Assembly: GCA_017460085.1 (NCBI GenBank)
Contig: JAFUBQ010000004.1
Span: 39,991-103,990, forward strand
Source of the DNA: Alphaproteobacteria bacterium
GTDB taxonomy: Bacteria; Pseudomonadota; Alphaproteobacteria; RF32; CAG-239
Reading direction: 5' to 3'
DNA: 64,000 bases
The notes beneath the pieces were generated by a model. The model made no database searches. It was given only the letters and a program-made list of their open reading frames with translations, and had not been told where the DNA came from. Shown here one piece after another: positions 38,686 through 48,704 of this stretch. Positions within the stretch are counted from its first letter, which is position 1. Every line of letters starts with the position of its first letter. A program made the position numbers and the translations under genes.

Positions 38686-40662
38686 TTACTTCTCTTTTAT
38701 TTTTTTGTGTATTGTCCACAGCCTATTTTCCGCACAATTCCACAATGGTTCAAAATGCGGATTTTTACCGCCGTAATAATAGCCGCCGGCGCACATATCT
38801 AGTTTCTTTCCATTCAGCTCAACCTGCCCTTTATCGTCAAATTTAACAGCTTTAGAATACATACAAACATTGTCATTGCATTGCAAGTTGCTTTTTTCAA
38901 TATTTTTATCTCGCAAAGAAAAGTTTTCTTGCCATATCTTTTTCAACCACGAATCTGTTTTAGAGGTTACCATAACCATATTGCCGCTATTATCGCGCAC
39001 CGCAACTGCCCTGCCCTCCGGCGCAATAACCATATCCGGTAGCTGTCCGAAAAACATTGAAACAATCCCTATCATAATCGGAATAATTCCCCATAAACGC
39101 CACTGTTGCCGCCAAACACAAAGCCAAAATCCACCAACAATAATGGCTATGAATCCACCGAATGATAATGAAGAAACAGCTAATAAACTATCCGGCAAGG
39201 CTGCAACTTTTGCGGTTATGTAGTTAAGAATGCCAATTCCGCTTCCTAGCAACTGCAACGGATAAGCGGCTAAACCAAAAGGCAACGCTGCCAAACACAG
39301 CAATATATTCGGCATCAACCATAGTCCAATCAGCGGTCCAGCTAATAAATTGCCTAAACTTGTATATATAGCAACTTGATGAAAATGATAAATTGAAAAC
39401 ACCGTGGTTGCCAAACTGGCCACAAAATCACCAATGAGTATGCCCAATAAATACCATAAAATTTTATTGATAATTCCGCCACTATGGGCTAATTGTGCTA
39501 TTCTTCCGGCATATTTTTCATAAAAAGCTACCAATGCATACACTGCGGCAAACGACATTTGAAAACTAATTGAAATCAGTGCTTGCGGTTGCAATATCAA
39601 AATAATCAGTGCCGCCATACTCACCATGCGCGTAGAAATTGCTGCACGATTAAACAACACACCGATAAGCACCACCGTGGTCATTAAAAAAGCTCTTTGT
39701 GCCGGAATTGCCATACCGGAAATCAATAAATATGCCACACTGCCTAAAATTGCCGCGAGTGCCGCCGGTTTTTTATTATCTATGCGCAAAGATATACTTG
39801 GAAACAAGGCTAAAATGAAACGAACCAAAAAGAATATTAATGCGGCAATTGCTCCCATATGCAAACCTGAAACAGAAAGAAAATGAGCCAAACCCGAACC
39901 GCGATAGTTGTTCGTTATCTGCGAAGAAATCTGCGATTTATCACCAATCAGCAACGCCTTAGCAACACCGGCTTCATCTTTTGGTAAAGCGTTATCCACT
40001 GTTTGGCTAACTTTCTGCCGCACACCGTTTAGCCAACTTACAATACCATAAGACTTTTCAGCACATTTAATCGGGAAAATTTCGCTGTTAGAATAGCCTA
40101 TGGCGCTTATTTTTTCGTAAAAATATTTTCGATTGAGCTGAAAACCGTTTTTAACCGGAATCCGTGACGGCGGAAAAATTGTTGCCACCATTTCAACACA
40201 TTGCCCAATCGTAAAATTTTCGTGCGGATTAGTTACTGTTATGCGAAAATATCCTTTTAAGGGATTATCATAATTGCTGACACGGCTTAAAAGCAACCTT
40301 TGCCGTTGATTATCATTATATGAAATATCATAGATATATCCGCTTAAATACGTCATCTGCTGCGGCAAAAATTCCATTTTATGCGCCGTATATAGACTAT
40401 GGGCATAAATATTCAAAAAACCGCATATGCATAGTAGTCCGGCAAATAATATAGAACGATATTGCCAATGACGACATAAAATCATCAACAGCAACCAAAT
40501 TTCGGCAATCCCTACCGTAAGCCATACATTAGGCTCGCTGAGCAAGCCAAAATAAACCGCAATTCCCAAAGCAAACCAAAATGGCGCCCATATCAAACCA
40601 GCACCAGTTTCGCCTTCATAATTTTTGCGCAATATGTTTTTGATATTCTCAATTATTTTCAT
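38686..40662 (-). CDS. comEC: DNA internalization competence protein ComEC/Rec2
   Basis: 658 aa polytopic membrane protein with a competence domain ('LSVSGLHMG', many TM) and a C-terminal metallo-beta-lactamase-like region. Confidence 0.8.
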   Translation of the reverse strand: MKIIENIKNILRKNYEGETGAGLIWAPFWFALGIAVYFGLLSEPNVWLTVGIAEIWLLLMILCRHWQYRSILFAGLLCICGFLNIYAHSLYTAHKMEFLPQQMTYLSGYIYDISYNDNQRQRLLLSRVSNYDNPLKGYFRITVTNPHENFTIGQCVEMVATIFPPSRIPVKNGFQLNRKYFYEKISAIGYSNSEIFPIKCAEKSYGIVSWLNGVRQKVSQTVDNALPKDEAGVAKALLIGDKSQISSQITNNYRGSGLAHFLSVSGLHMGAIAALIFFLVRFILALFPSISLRIDNKKPAALAAILGSVAYLLISGMAIPAQRAFLMTTVVLIGVLFNRAAISTRMVSMAALIILILQPQALISISFQMSFAAVYALVAFYEKYAGRIAQLAHSGGIINKILWYLLGILIGDFVASLATTVFSIYHFHQVAIYTSLGNLLAGPLIGLWLMPNILLCLAALPFGLAAYPLQLLGSGIGILNYITAKVAALPDSLLAVSSLSFGGFIAIIVGGFWLCVWRQQWRLWGIIPIMIGIVSMFFGQLPDMVIAPEGRAVAVRDNSGNMVMVTSKTDSWLKKIWQENFSLRDKNIEKSNLQCNDNVCMYSKAVKFDDKGQVELNGKKLDMCAGGYYYGGKNPHFEPLWNCAENRLWTIHKKIKEK

Positions 40663-41806
40663 TATGTCGGATTAAACTTAAAATTTCCGTTGCCGCATTA
40701 TCGCTTGGCGTTTGTTCGCCCATTCCTAAAAGCTTGCGAACATCTGCAAAACCATTCATTTGACGGTTATAAAGCTGTTCATGAGCCAAAAATTTTTCAA
40801 CATATTGTAATATATTATCAGGCGCACAATCTTGCTGCAATAATTCCGGCACAATTTCACGTCCCAACAAAATATTGCTCAAATTCACAAACTGTATGTG
40901 TAAAAATCTCCTTGCCGCCCATTCGGTTAATTTAGGAACTTTATAGGCAATGATATGCGGAACATCAACAATGGCAAGCTCAAGCGCCACAGTGCCTGAA
41001 GCAGCAATTGCCACATCGGCATCTTGAAATGCCAAGTGCCGTTCATCTTCCCCTTCAATAATCCGAATGGATAGACCGGATTCCACAACCATACGCTTAA
41101 CTTGCTCTGCAACCGTGCTGACCGTTGGAATGACATATGTCATATCTTTATATTTTTCCTGCATCTTTTGCACAACCGTCAAAAAATCCGGCAGCAAACG
41201 TGCTACTTCATTATGTCTTGACCCAGGCAAAATGAGCATTAGTCTATCTTTTATATTATACTTTTGCTTAAATTTACCTTTATCTTTAGTTCCGTTAACA
41301 ATTGCGCTTTCAATCACCGGATGGCCGACAAAGCGCGCATCTAAATGATATGGCGTGAAATAGCGCGGCTCATTTGGAAACAGCGTTAACAATAAATCTA
41401 TATATTTATACATTGTCCGCGCCCGTTTTTTCTTCCAAGCCCAAACTTGCGGCGCCACATAATGCACCTGAGGTATTCCCAACTTTAATGCTTTAATTTT
41501 TTTATGAATTCTTGCAGAAAAACTCCAACTGTCTATCGTAACAATAACATCAGGCTTAATTTCTTGAATGTGGTTCACGGTCTCTTTAATTCGGCACAGA
41601 ATTTTCGGAATGCTCGGAATAACCTCCGCCAAACCCATTACAGCCAGTTCACTGATATTAAACTGAGATTTAAGACCTTGCGCTTGCATACTATCACCGC
41701 CAATGCCGTAAAATTGCGCCGCTAAATCTTGTTTGCGCAAAGCCTGCATTAAACGCGATCCTAAAGCATCTCCCGATGGCTCACCGGCTATCAAATAATA
41801 TTTCAT
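40649..41806 (-). CDS. lpxB: Lipid-A-disaccharide synthase
   Basis: 'MKYYLIAGEPSGDALGSRLMQAL' LpxB N-terminus, 385 aa. Confidence 0.9.
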   Translation of the reverse strand: MKYYLIAGEPSGDALGSRLMQALRKQDLAAQFYGIGGDSMQAQGLKSQFNISELAVMGLAEVIPSIPKILCRIKETVNHIQEIKPDVIVTIDSWSFSARIHKKIKALKLGIPQVHYVAPQVWAWKKKRARTMYKYIDLLLTLFPNEPRYFTPYHLDARFVGHPVIESAIVNGTKDKGKFKQKYNIKDRLMLILPGSRHNEVARLLPDFLTVVQKMQEKYKDMTYVIPTVSTVAEQVKRMVVESGLSIRIIEGEDERHLAFQDADVAIAASGTVALELAIVDVPHIIAYKVPKLTEWAARRFLHIQFVNLSNILLGREIVPELLQQDCAPDNILQYVEKFLAHEQLYNRQMNGFADVRKLLGMGEQTPSDNAATEILSLIRHNENN

Positions 41807-42669
41807 GCCCCAACCTCCTTCGGCTCAATGCCAACAACAAACATGCCAAATTCATCGGCTGCTTTTATAACCGCTGCTTCATCAACAATTAAAGCATTAC
41901 CAGCATGAACAGCCACCCCGCGCATTCCGGCATTATGCAAATTTTCAATTGTTTTTGTTCCTATTGTCGGTAAATCTATCCGCATATCTTGCTGGGGCTT
42001 ACGCAATTTTACCAAAACACCGCCAACACCTTTGCGCTGATAGGTGCCGCAGCGTTTTATCAACTCATCGGTTCCTTCAATACCCTCTGCGCCAAGCACC
42101 AATCCTTGCTGCACAATAACCGATTGCCCAACATCTAGCTTACCTAGTGCTAAAGCAACTTCAACACCGCGCTCAATATCAGCTAAAGCCTGTTTATCGG
42201 GTTTATGTTTGGTTAAATTTCCCGTTTTTACCAAAAGCTCAGGCATAACATCATGAATACCGACCACACGCATACCCTCACCTTCTATTTCTTTAACCAC
42301 AGCACGCAAAATGCCGTCATCTCCAAGAGATTTTAAGCCGATTTTTGCAAAAAAAGCCGCTGTGCGTAAATCCGGAACCAAATCTGCCAACGACGGTCGG
42401 TGTATTGTGCCTATCATCACAATTTCTTCCACTTTTTGCGCAGCTAAAATCTTAAAACCGGTACCTGCCTGCCCAATACGTATCCATTGATGCGGTATTT
42501 GCGGAGAAAAAATGGCCTTATCCGCATTATTTTCTACAGCTAAAACAAAAAAATTGCGTCCGGTTTTCTGACAATGTTCAATTAAGTGGTGCGGCAATAC
42601 TCCGCCACCGGCAATAATTCCCAATTTTTTATCGGCCGCCATGTTACACCTATTTTGCATTTCCATCAA
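41803..42669 (-). CDS. lpxI: UDP-2,3-diacylglucosamine pyrophosphatase LpxI (DUF1009)
   Basis: 'LGIIAGGGVLP' N-terminus at about 280 aa. The position upstream of lpxB is typical for Alphaproteobacteria. The true start may be the internal Met at 'MAADKK'. Confidence 0.75.
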   Translation of the reverse strand: MMEMQNRCNMAADKKLGIIAGGGVLPHHLIEHCQKTGRNFFVLAVENNADKAIFSPQIPHQWIRIGQAGTGFKILAAQKVEEIVMIGTIHRPSLADLVPDLRTAAFFAKIGLKSLGDDGILRAVVKEIEGEGMRVVGIHDVMPELLVKTGNLTKHKPDKQALADIERGVEVALALGKLDVGQSVIVQQGLVLGAEGIEGTDELIKRCGTYQRKGVGGVLVKLRKPQQDMRIDLPTIGTKTIENLHNAGMRGVAVHAGNALIVDEAAVIKAADEFGMFVVGIEPKEVGA

Positions 42670-43543
42670 CTTTATCTTTAACCGTATCCATAATCTCTTG
42701 AGTTTCAGACTTCATTTCAGGAGTTGTTTCATCGGTTGTAACCATACGGTCTTCCAAAACATCAAGCAATTTATCTAAGTCTGATGACAAATCATCTTCA
42801 TCAGAACTTTCGGAAGCTGTTTTCGGTTGTGCAAGTTCATTAAACAGTTCTTCTCCGCTTTTTTGCAAAGCCTTCAAATTATCAACGGCATCAGCGGCCT
42901 TTTTGAGCTTATCACTCAGGCTTTCATCATTTTTTTCCTCTTTAACTTCAGAAGCATCTGAAGATACTGCTTTTTCATCAGTCTTTGCACTATCTTTTTC
43001 AGAATCATCCTTTGAATTAATTGCAACCATTTCTTCAGTTTTAGCCTTCATTTTTTCAAACCAATCGCTCGGTACTAATTTTTTCAAAGGTTCAGCGCTA
43101 TTACTTGCTATTTGGAAATATTGCGAATCTTTAAACATACCTTTTTTCGATTCCTCAGGAATAATAGTGTTAATGAGCAAAGCTAACAAAATAACAATTA
43201 AAGCACCGCGAGCTGCACCAAAAACAAAACCTAAAATTCGGTCTAAAGCGCTTAAGCGGCTGGAACGAACCATAGAGCCTAATCGGTCGGCGGTTAAAAT
43301 CCAAAAAATGCAAAATACAATTAAAATTGCTAAACCAGACACAATGTTTGCCAACAGTTTTGAAGCAATATATTTTGCCATCATCGGTTCAACAACCGGC
43401 ACTAAATAAAACACAGCCGCAGCAGCAAGCACCCAACCGGCAATTGACAGTAATTCTTTGGTCATACCGCGTGCAATACCCACCAACGCAGAAATTCCGA
43501 CAATAATTAAAAACACCACGTCCAAATTATTCAATTGTTCCAT
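42650..43543 (-). CDS. cvpA: CvpA family membrane protein with long acidic C-terminal extension
   Basis: The N-terminus 'VVFLIIVGISALVGIARGMTKELLSIAGWV' matches the CvpA TM pattern. The C-terminal ~150 aa are Asp/Glu/Ser-rich. Confidence 0.7.
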   Translation of the reverse strand: MEQLNNLDVVFLIIVGISALVGIARGMTKELLSIAGWVLAAAAVFYLVPVVEPMMAKYIASKLLANIVSGLAILIVFCIFWILTADRLGSMVRSSRLSALDRILGFVFGAARGALIVILLALLINTIIPEESKKGMFKDSQYFQIASNSAEPLKKLVPSDWFEKMKAKTEEMVAINSKDDSEKDSAKTDEKAVSSDASEVKEEKNDESLSDKLKKAADAVDNLKALQKSGEELFNELAQPKTASESSDEDDLSSDLDKLLDVLEDRMVTTDETTPEMKSETQEIMDTVKDKVDGNAK

Positions 43544-43554
43544 TGTTTATACTC

Positions 43555-44934
43555 CTAATTAAACCAATTTATCAAACGCTTAACATGACCTATTTCATAG
43601 CATGATAAATCATAATTTTTCAACCCTTTTTCTTTTTTATCCTTACCGAATGCCGGCGGAATAATGGCACTGACAAAACCGAGTTTTTGCGCCTCTTTCA
43701 AGCGTGCATTAACTTGTGTTACCGTTCTGATTTCTCCAGACAGCCCGATTTCGCCGAAAACAACCATATCGGCCGGCAACGGCTTATTGGTTAATGAAGA
43801 AATAACAGCCATAGCTACAGCCAAATCTGCCGCCGGTTCGCTGATTTTTAGACCGCCGGCTATATTAAGATACACATCATGAGCACTGAAATTCATACCG
43901 CAGCGAGCTTCCAATACCGCTAAAATCATAGAAAGCCGATTAGAATCCCAACCAACCACGGCGCGCCGCGGTGTAGAATAACCGCTGGAGCTTACCAGTG
44001 CCTGAATTTCCACCAAAACCGGACGAGAACCCTCAATACCTGCAAAAACACAACTGCCTGAAATATTGCCTTGTCTTTCCGCTAAAAATAGTGCCGACGG
44101 ATTTTCAACTTCTACCAAGCCCTTATCCATCATCTCAAAAACGCCGATTTCATCGGTGGCACCATAACGGTTTTTAACCGCTCTTAAAATGCGGAAATAG
44201 TGTCCGCGTTCACCTTCAAAATAAAGCACCGTATCTACCATATGCTCTAAAACACGCGGACCGGCAATTTCGCCCTGCTTAGTTACATGACCGACCAAAA
44301 ACAGCACAAACCCCATACGTTTAGCTAATTTTATCAGCTCATAAGCGCAAGCACGTACTTGCCCTACACTGCCGGGAGTAGATTCTACCTCATCTAAATA
44401 CATAGTCTGAATAGAATCGATAATCACTAACTTTGCTTGTGTTTTTTCAATTGTTGCCACAATATTGCGCACATCAGTTGCACTGGCCAAACTGACCGGA
44501 CTTTCACTCAATCCCAAACGCCCCGCCCTAATACGAACTTGGTCAATGGCTTCTTCTCCTGAAATGTAATAGCAAGAATCTTTATCTGTGCTGCTTGCTA
44601 AACCGGCACAAATTTGCAGTAATAATGTCGATTTACCAATTCCGGGGTCTCCGGCCACCAAAATAACCGAACCCGGAACCAAGCCGCCACCGGTTACCCT
44701 ATCAATTTCTGCAATTCCGGTTTTAAGGCGACTATATGTTTGCATTGAACCTTTGAGCGGCACAAAATCTATTTGCCTTCCTTCACGTTTGTGTCCTAAT
44801 TTTGAAAAACCATCGTCTTTAGCAACCTCTTCAACCATTGTATTCCATTCGCCGCAAGCATCGCATTTACCCTGCCAACGAACATACGTTGCACCGCAAT
44901 TTTGACATACATATATTGCATTTTTTTTTGCCAT
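43555..44934 (-). CDS. radA: DNA repair protein RadA/Sms
   Basis: N-terminal zinc finger 'CQNCGATYVRWQGKCDACGEW', Walker A 'GDPGIGKST', 'KNRYG' motif and a C-terminal Lon-like domain. Confidence 0.9.
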   Translation of the reverse strand: MAKKNAIYVCQNCGATYVRWQGKCDACGEWNTMVEEVAKDDGFSKLGHKREGRQIDFVPLKGSMQTYSRLKTGIAEIDRVTGGGLVPGSVILVAGDPGIGKSTLLLQICAGLASSTDKDSCYYISGEEAIDQVRIRAGRLGLSESPVSLASATDVRNIVATIEKTQAKLVIIDSIQTMYLDEVESTPGSVGQVRACAYELIKLAKRMGFVLFLVGHVTKQGEIAGPRVLEHMVDTVLYFEGERGHYFRILRAVKNRYGATDEIGVFEMMDKGLVEVENPSALFLAERQGNISGSCVFAGIEGSRPVLVEIQALVSSSGYSTPRRAVVGWDSNRLSMILAVLEARCGMNFSAHDVYLNIAGGLKISEPAADLAVAMAVISSLTNKPLPADMVVFGEIGLSGEIRTVTQVNARLKEAQKLGFVSAIIPPAFGKDKKEKGLKNYDLSCYEIGHVKRLINWFN

Positions 44935-44937
44935 ATT

Positions 44938-45690
44938 TTACACTTCCACTTTTATCGGACCTTGCGATGAACCGCTGATAAACTGCCGTAAATAAGGATT
45001 ATCAGACTTATCCATTTCTTTAACCGTTCCGCTCCAAATAATTTTTCCCTGATAAAGCATAGCGATTCTGTCGGCAATTTTGCGGGCGCTGGCCATATCA
45101 TGGGTAATGGTTAAGGTTGTTGCACCTAATCCTCTGGCTGATTCAATAATCAAATCATTAATTACATCAGCCATAATAGGATCTAAGCCGGTTGTCGGCT
45201 CATCAAAAAAAATAATTTCCGGCTGGCTGATAACGGCTCGTGCCAACCCTACACGTTTTTGCATACCGCCTGAAAGTTCTGCCGGTGATAAATCGGCCAC
45301 ATCGGGCGCTAAACCAACCTGTCTTAAAACCCTTATGGCTTCGACCCTTGCTTTGCGCCGTGAAACATTGCCGTGTTCCAAAAGCCGAAATGCCACATTT
45401 TCCCATACGCTCAAGCTATCAAACAAAGCACCGCCTTGAAACAACATTCCCATTTTTTGATGAATATCTTCTTTAGTGCCGACAACTTCTTTTCCATCAA
45501 TTTTAATTGAGCCACAATCAGGTACCAATAACCCTTGAATGCACTTAATCAACACCGATTTTCCCGTGCCGGAACCGCCGATAACCACCAGAGATTCTCC
45601 TTTACGCACATCTAAATCTAAACCATCTAAAACTTTTTTCTTTCCGAAGGCTTTATACAAATTTCTGATTTCTATTTTATTATCTGCCAT
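44938..45690 (-). CDS. mlaF: ABC transporter ATP-binding protein (MlaF-like)
   Basis: 'GGSGTGKS' Walker A, 'LSGGMQKRVGLARA' signature and 'IIFFDEPTTGLD' Walker B. Confidence 0.8.
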   Translation of the reverse strand: MADNKIEIRNLYKAFGKKKVLDGLDLDVRKGESLVVIGGSGTGKSVLIKCIQGLLVPDCGSIKIDGKEVVGTKEDIHQKMGMLFQGGALFDSLSVWENVAFRLLEHGNVSRRKARVEAIRVLRQVGLAPDVADLSPAELSGGMQKRVGLARAVISQPEIIFFDEPTTGLDPIMADVINDLIIESARGLGATTLTITHDMASARKIADRIAMLYQGKIIWSGTVKEMDKSDNPYLRQFISGSSQGPIKVEV

Positions 45691-45701
45691 TTTGCATTAC
45701 C

Positions 45702-46496
45702 CTATCTTGAAAAAATAATTTCTGTAATCAAATAGTTAAAGATTAAAATTAATATAGAAGATGAAACAACGGCATTAGTTGTTGCTTCACCCACGCCTTG
45801 CGCCCCGCCTTTCGAGCGATAGCCGTGATAGCACCCCATAACAGCAATAATAAAACCAAAAACCGCCGCCTTAACCACACCGGTCATAACGTCAAGCGTT
45901 TGCAAATTTGTCATTGTATTATTAATGTAGTTTGCCGGATTGAAATCAAGTTTATATATACTGACCAAATAGCCGCCGAAAATGCCGATAACATCACCAA
46001 ACAACACCAAAATCGGCATCACTGAAATTGCAGCCCATACCCGCGGTGCAATTAAATAACGAAACGGATTAGCAGACAAGGTTACAAGAGCATCTATTTG
46101 CTCGGTTACCCGCATTGTGCCGATTTCTGCTGCCATAGCCGCGCCAATGCGTCCCGCCACCATTAAGGCCGATAAAACCGGCGCCAATTCTCGTGTGACG
46201 GAAATAAGTACCACTAATGCAACCGCACTTTCTGCACCATATTTAGAAATTCCGGAATATGTTTGAATGGCAATAACCATACCGGCAAAAAGCGTTGTTA
46301 AGCCAACCACCGGCAATGAATAAAACCCAATATTAATAAATTGACGCCAAAAAAGTTTTATGTAAAACGGCGGCATAAAACAGTTATAAACCGACTTAAA
46401 CAGAAACCGTGTAAAATAGCCTAAATTGGTTATAAATGCCACCAAAGGCTTTCCTAAAGCCTGTAAAAAAGAAATTATCCCTTTTTTTCCCATCAT
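45702..46496 (-). CDS. mlaE: ABC transporter permease (MlaE family)
   Basis: 264 aa with five or six TM helices, paired upstream of the MlaF-like ATPase. Confidence 0.8.
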   Translation of the reverse strand: MMGKKGIISFLQALGKPLVAFITNLGYFTRFLFKSVYNCFMPPFYIKLFWRQFINIGFYSLPVVGLTTLFAGMVIAIQTYSGISKYGAESAVALVVLISVTRELAPVLSALMVAGRIGAAMAAEIGTMRVTEQIDALVTLSANPFRYLIAPRVWAAISVMPILVLFGDVIGIFGGYLVSIYKLDFNPANYINNTMTNLQTLDVMTGVVKAAVFGFIIAVMGCYHGYRSKGGAQGVGEATTNAVVSSSILILIFNYLITEIIFSR

Positions 46497-46949
46497 TCAT
46501 CCTTTAATCGGTTCATCATTCACTAATACGCCGTTAAGTTTAATTTTTACTTTCTCCGGTGCTGAACATTCCTTAGCATACAAATCTATTCGCTCAATTT
46601 CAAGTCCTAAAATATTTTCGTGCGCAATTTTCGGCATGCGCTCTATTTCTTCCGGATTGTCAACCAAATTAACCACTAAGTCAACTGTTGCCTGCTTAAC
46701 GTAAGGCATTTTAACCACGCCAACTCCCCTAACTTCCAATAAACCCTGCAAATTTTCAGGTGCTTTACCGTATACTTTATTATTTTCTAAAAACAAAGAA
46801 ACAACATCATCGGCCACTAAATGAACATTTTTATCAGTCAACAAACGTAAGGCTAAATCAGATTTTCCGCAACCGCTTTTTCCTTTAATTAAAACAGCTT
46901 TGCCGTTCATTTTCAGCATTGTGGCATGTATTTGTATTTTTTCACACAT
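46497..46949 (-). CDS. hprK: HPr kinase/phosphorylase C-terminal domain protein (truncated alphaproteobacterial HprK)
   Basis: 150 aa with the Walker A 'GKSGCGKS' and 'LLEVRGVGV' HprK motifs. It lacks the N-terminal domain, as is usual in Alphaproteobacteria. Confidence 0.75.
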   Translation of the reverse strand: MCEKIQIHATMLKMNGKAVLIKGKSGCGKSDLALRLLTDKNVHLVADDVVSLFLENNKVYGKAPENLQGLLEVRGVGVVKMPYVKQATVDLVVNLVDNPEEIERMPKIAHENILGLEIERIDLYAKECSAPEKVKIKLNGVLVNDEPIKG

Positions 46950-47412
46950 GAGCTAAGCGCCTTGTTTTTTCTTCATCAACGGAACGTATAGTAATTTTGC
47001 GTGTTTCACCTTGTGATATAAATTCCACCTGCCACATATTTCGCGGCGCAAAAGAGCCCATTTTTTCAGGCCATTCTACTAAGCAAACCCCTTCATAAAA
47101 AGCTTCTTCCACACCAAGTTCAAATATTTCCGCGGCATCTTTGAGGCGATACAAATCATAGTGATAAATATCAAATTCATCGGTATAATAATTTTGCACC
47201 AATGTAAATGTTGGGCTTGGCACTTCTTCAGCCGCAGTCAAGGCCTGAATAAATCCCCTTGCAAAAACACTTTTTCCCATACCAAGGGTGCCGCTTAAGG
47301 CCCAAACATCGCCGCGTTTGGTAATTTTAGCCAATTTTGCGGCAATTTGTGCTGTTTCTGCTTCATTATTTGAAATAAAAACTTTTTCCATTAGAATAAT
47401 CCGCTCAACCAA
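46942..47412 (-). CDS. tsaE: tRNA threonylcarbamoyladenosine biosynthesis protein TsaE
   Basis: 'GDVWALSGTLGMGKS' P-loop, at about 156 aa. Confidence 0.8.
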   Translation of the reverse strand: MVERIILMEKVFISNNEAETAQIAAKLAKITKRGDVWALSGTLGMGKSVFARGFIQALTAAEEVPSPTFTLVQNYYTDEFDIYHYDLYRLKDAAEIFELGVEEAFYEGVCLVEWPEKMGSFAPRNMWQVEFISQGETRKITIRSVDEEKTRRLAHV

Positions 47413-48434
47413 TCCATAAAGCCCGAACCTCCAGACTTAGAACGTGTAATTGTTATTTTAACTTTGCGATTTTGAATGCGCCGCCAATCCCAAGGTTTAT
47501 AAAATTTACCGCTCCACAGACCACGTTTGTTTGCCGCAGCCTGTTCTTCATAAGGAACATAAATGGCCGTATTTTGTGTATAAGCAACTGCCCATCCGGC
47601 ATTAACAACAACCGCGGCAATATCATAATTTCCATCAGCCGTAAAACATACACCTGTTGCCCGATTACGTTCAATTTCACCTACAATGTGGCATTTAACC
47701 GGACGGTTTTGCAACCAATTCTGCAACCATATCAAGGCCCTTCTTCCGCAATGATATGGTCCGCCGTGTCTATCGGCGCAAGTTTGCTCCGGATCAGGAG
47801 CGTCAATTCCCAAAAGTTTAATATATATACCATTCATACGCAAAACACTGCCGGTAACCACACTTGGATTACCTTCTAAATACGGATATTCACTCGGATT
47901 AAAATCAGCAGTTAAACCACCGCTTTTATTGGCACTGAAAAAACTTTTTATTGAGTTTAATAAATCATCGCTTTTATCAGCCGATAGCATATTGTTTTGA
48001 TTTGCATGCGGATATGCTTGCTCTGCAGATGTTTCGACCGGCGGTTGTTGCTGTTTTTTACCGGCTTTTGCATTCTCATTAATTTCAGCCTCTAAATCGG
48101 CATAATCAAACTCGGCATAATCATTCAAAGCAGCATTTTTAGCCATCTGACGACCGCTGACAAAGCTATTCAGTCTTCCCTGCCCGATTAAGCCTAAACT
48201 ATATAAAATAAAAATAACCACAGAGCCTATAATGCAAAAAGATGCGGCAAAGCCCATGGCGCGCCACATTACTTTAGAAATTACATACAATAACCCAAAG
48301 GCAATTATGACCACAATAAAACCAAAGCCTTGAGCTAAAGCGCTATCACTTTGAATGCTCAAACCACCGAAATACATAGTTCCCATAAAAAAGAGAACTA
48401 AAAATAATTTTTTCCATACTGACATAAAAAACAC
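47391..48434 (-). CDS. Membrane-anchored thermonuclease (SNase-like) family protein
   Basis: Three N-terminal TM helices and a Gln/Asn-rich linker. The C-terminus has SNase motifs 'IKLLGIDAPD', 'RHGGPYHCGRRA', 'NAGWAVAY' and 'KRGLWSG'. Confidence 0.65.
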   Translation of the reverse strand: MFFMSVWKKLFLVLFFMGTMYFGGLSIQSDSALAQGFGFIVVIIAFGLLYVISKVMWRAMGFAASFCIIGSVVIFILYSLGLIGQGRLNSFVSGRQMAKNAALNDYAEFDYADLEAEINENAKAGKKQQQPPVETSAEQAYPHANQNNMLSADKSDDLLNSIKSFFSANKSGGLTADFNPSEYPYLEGNPSVVTGSVLRMNGIYIKLLGIDAPDPEQTCADRHGGPYHCGRRALIWLQNWLQNRPVKCHIVGEIERNRATGVCFTADGNYDIAAVVVNAGWAVAYTQNTAIYVPYEEQAAANKRGLWSGKFYKPWDWRRIQNRKVKITITRSKSGGSGFMDWLSGLF

Positions 48435-48632
48435 TACTCCGTTTTATGCTCAACATAAGGCATTAGAACACACATTTTTTTTAAATGCAAGCAATTTATA
48501 AAACAAGTGAAATTATGCAAATAAGTGCAAATGTTGCCGATAATTTAAGCATACAAACGCAGCAATATGCTGCATCTAGAATTAATTATATTAACGATTA
48601 TTGCTTTTAGTATTGTTTTATTCAAAAAAAAT

Positions 48633-48647
48633 ATTGCATTTTGCAAT
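48633..48647. promoter_or_regulatory. Perfect palindrome ATTGCA-TTT-TGCAAT upstream of ldh, candidate operator
   Basis: 6-3-6 inverted repeat 57 bp upstream of the ldh start codon, in an AT-rich promoter region. Confidence 0.3.
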
Positions 48648-48704
48648 AAATTATTTATATACACTGATGATTTTTATAATTGATTTGGGATAAAGGAGAA
48701 AATA

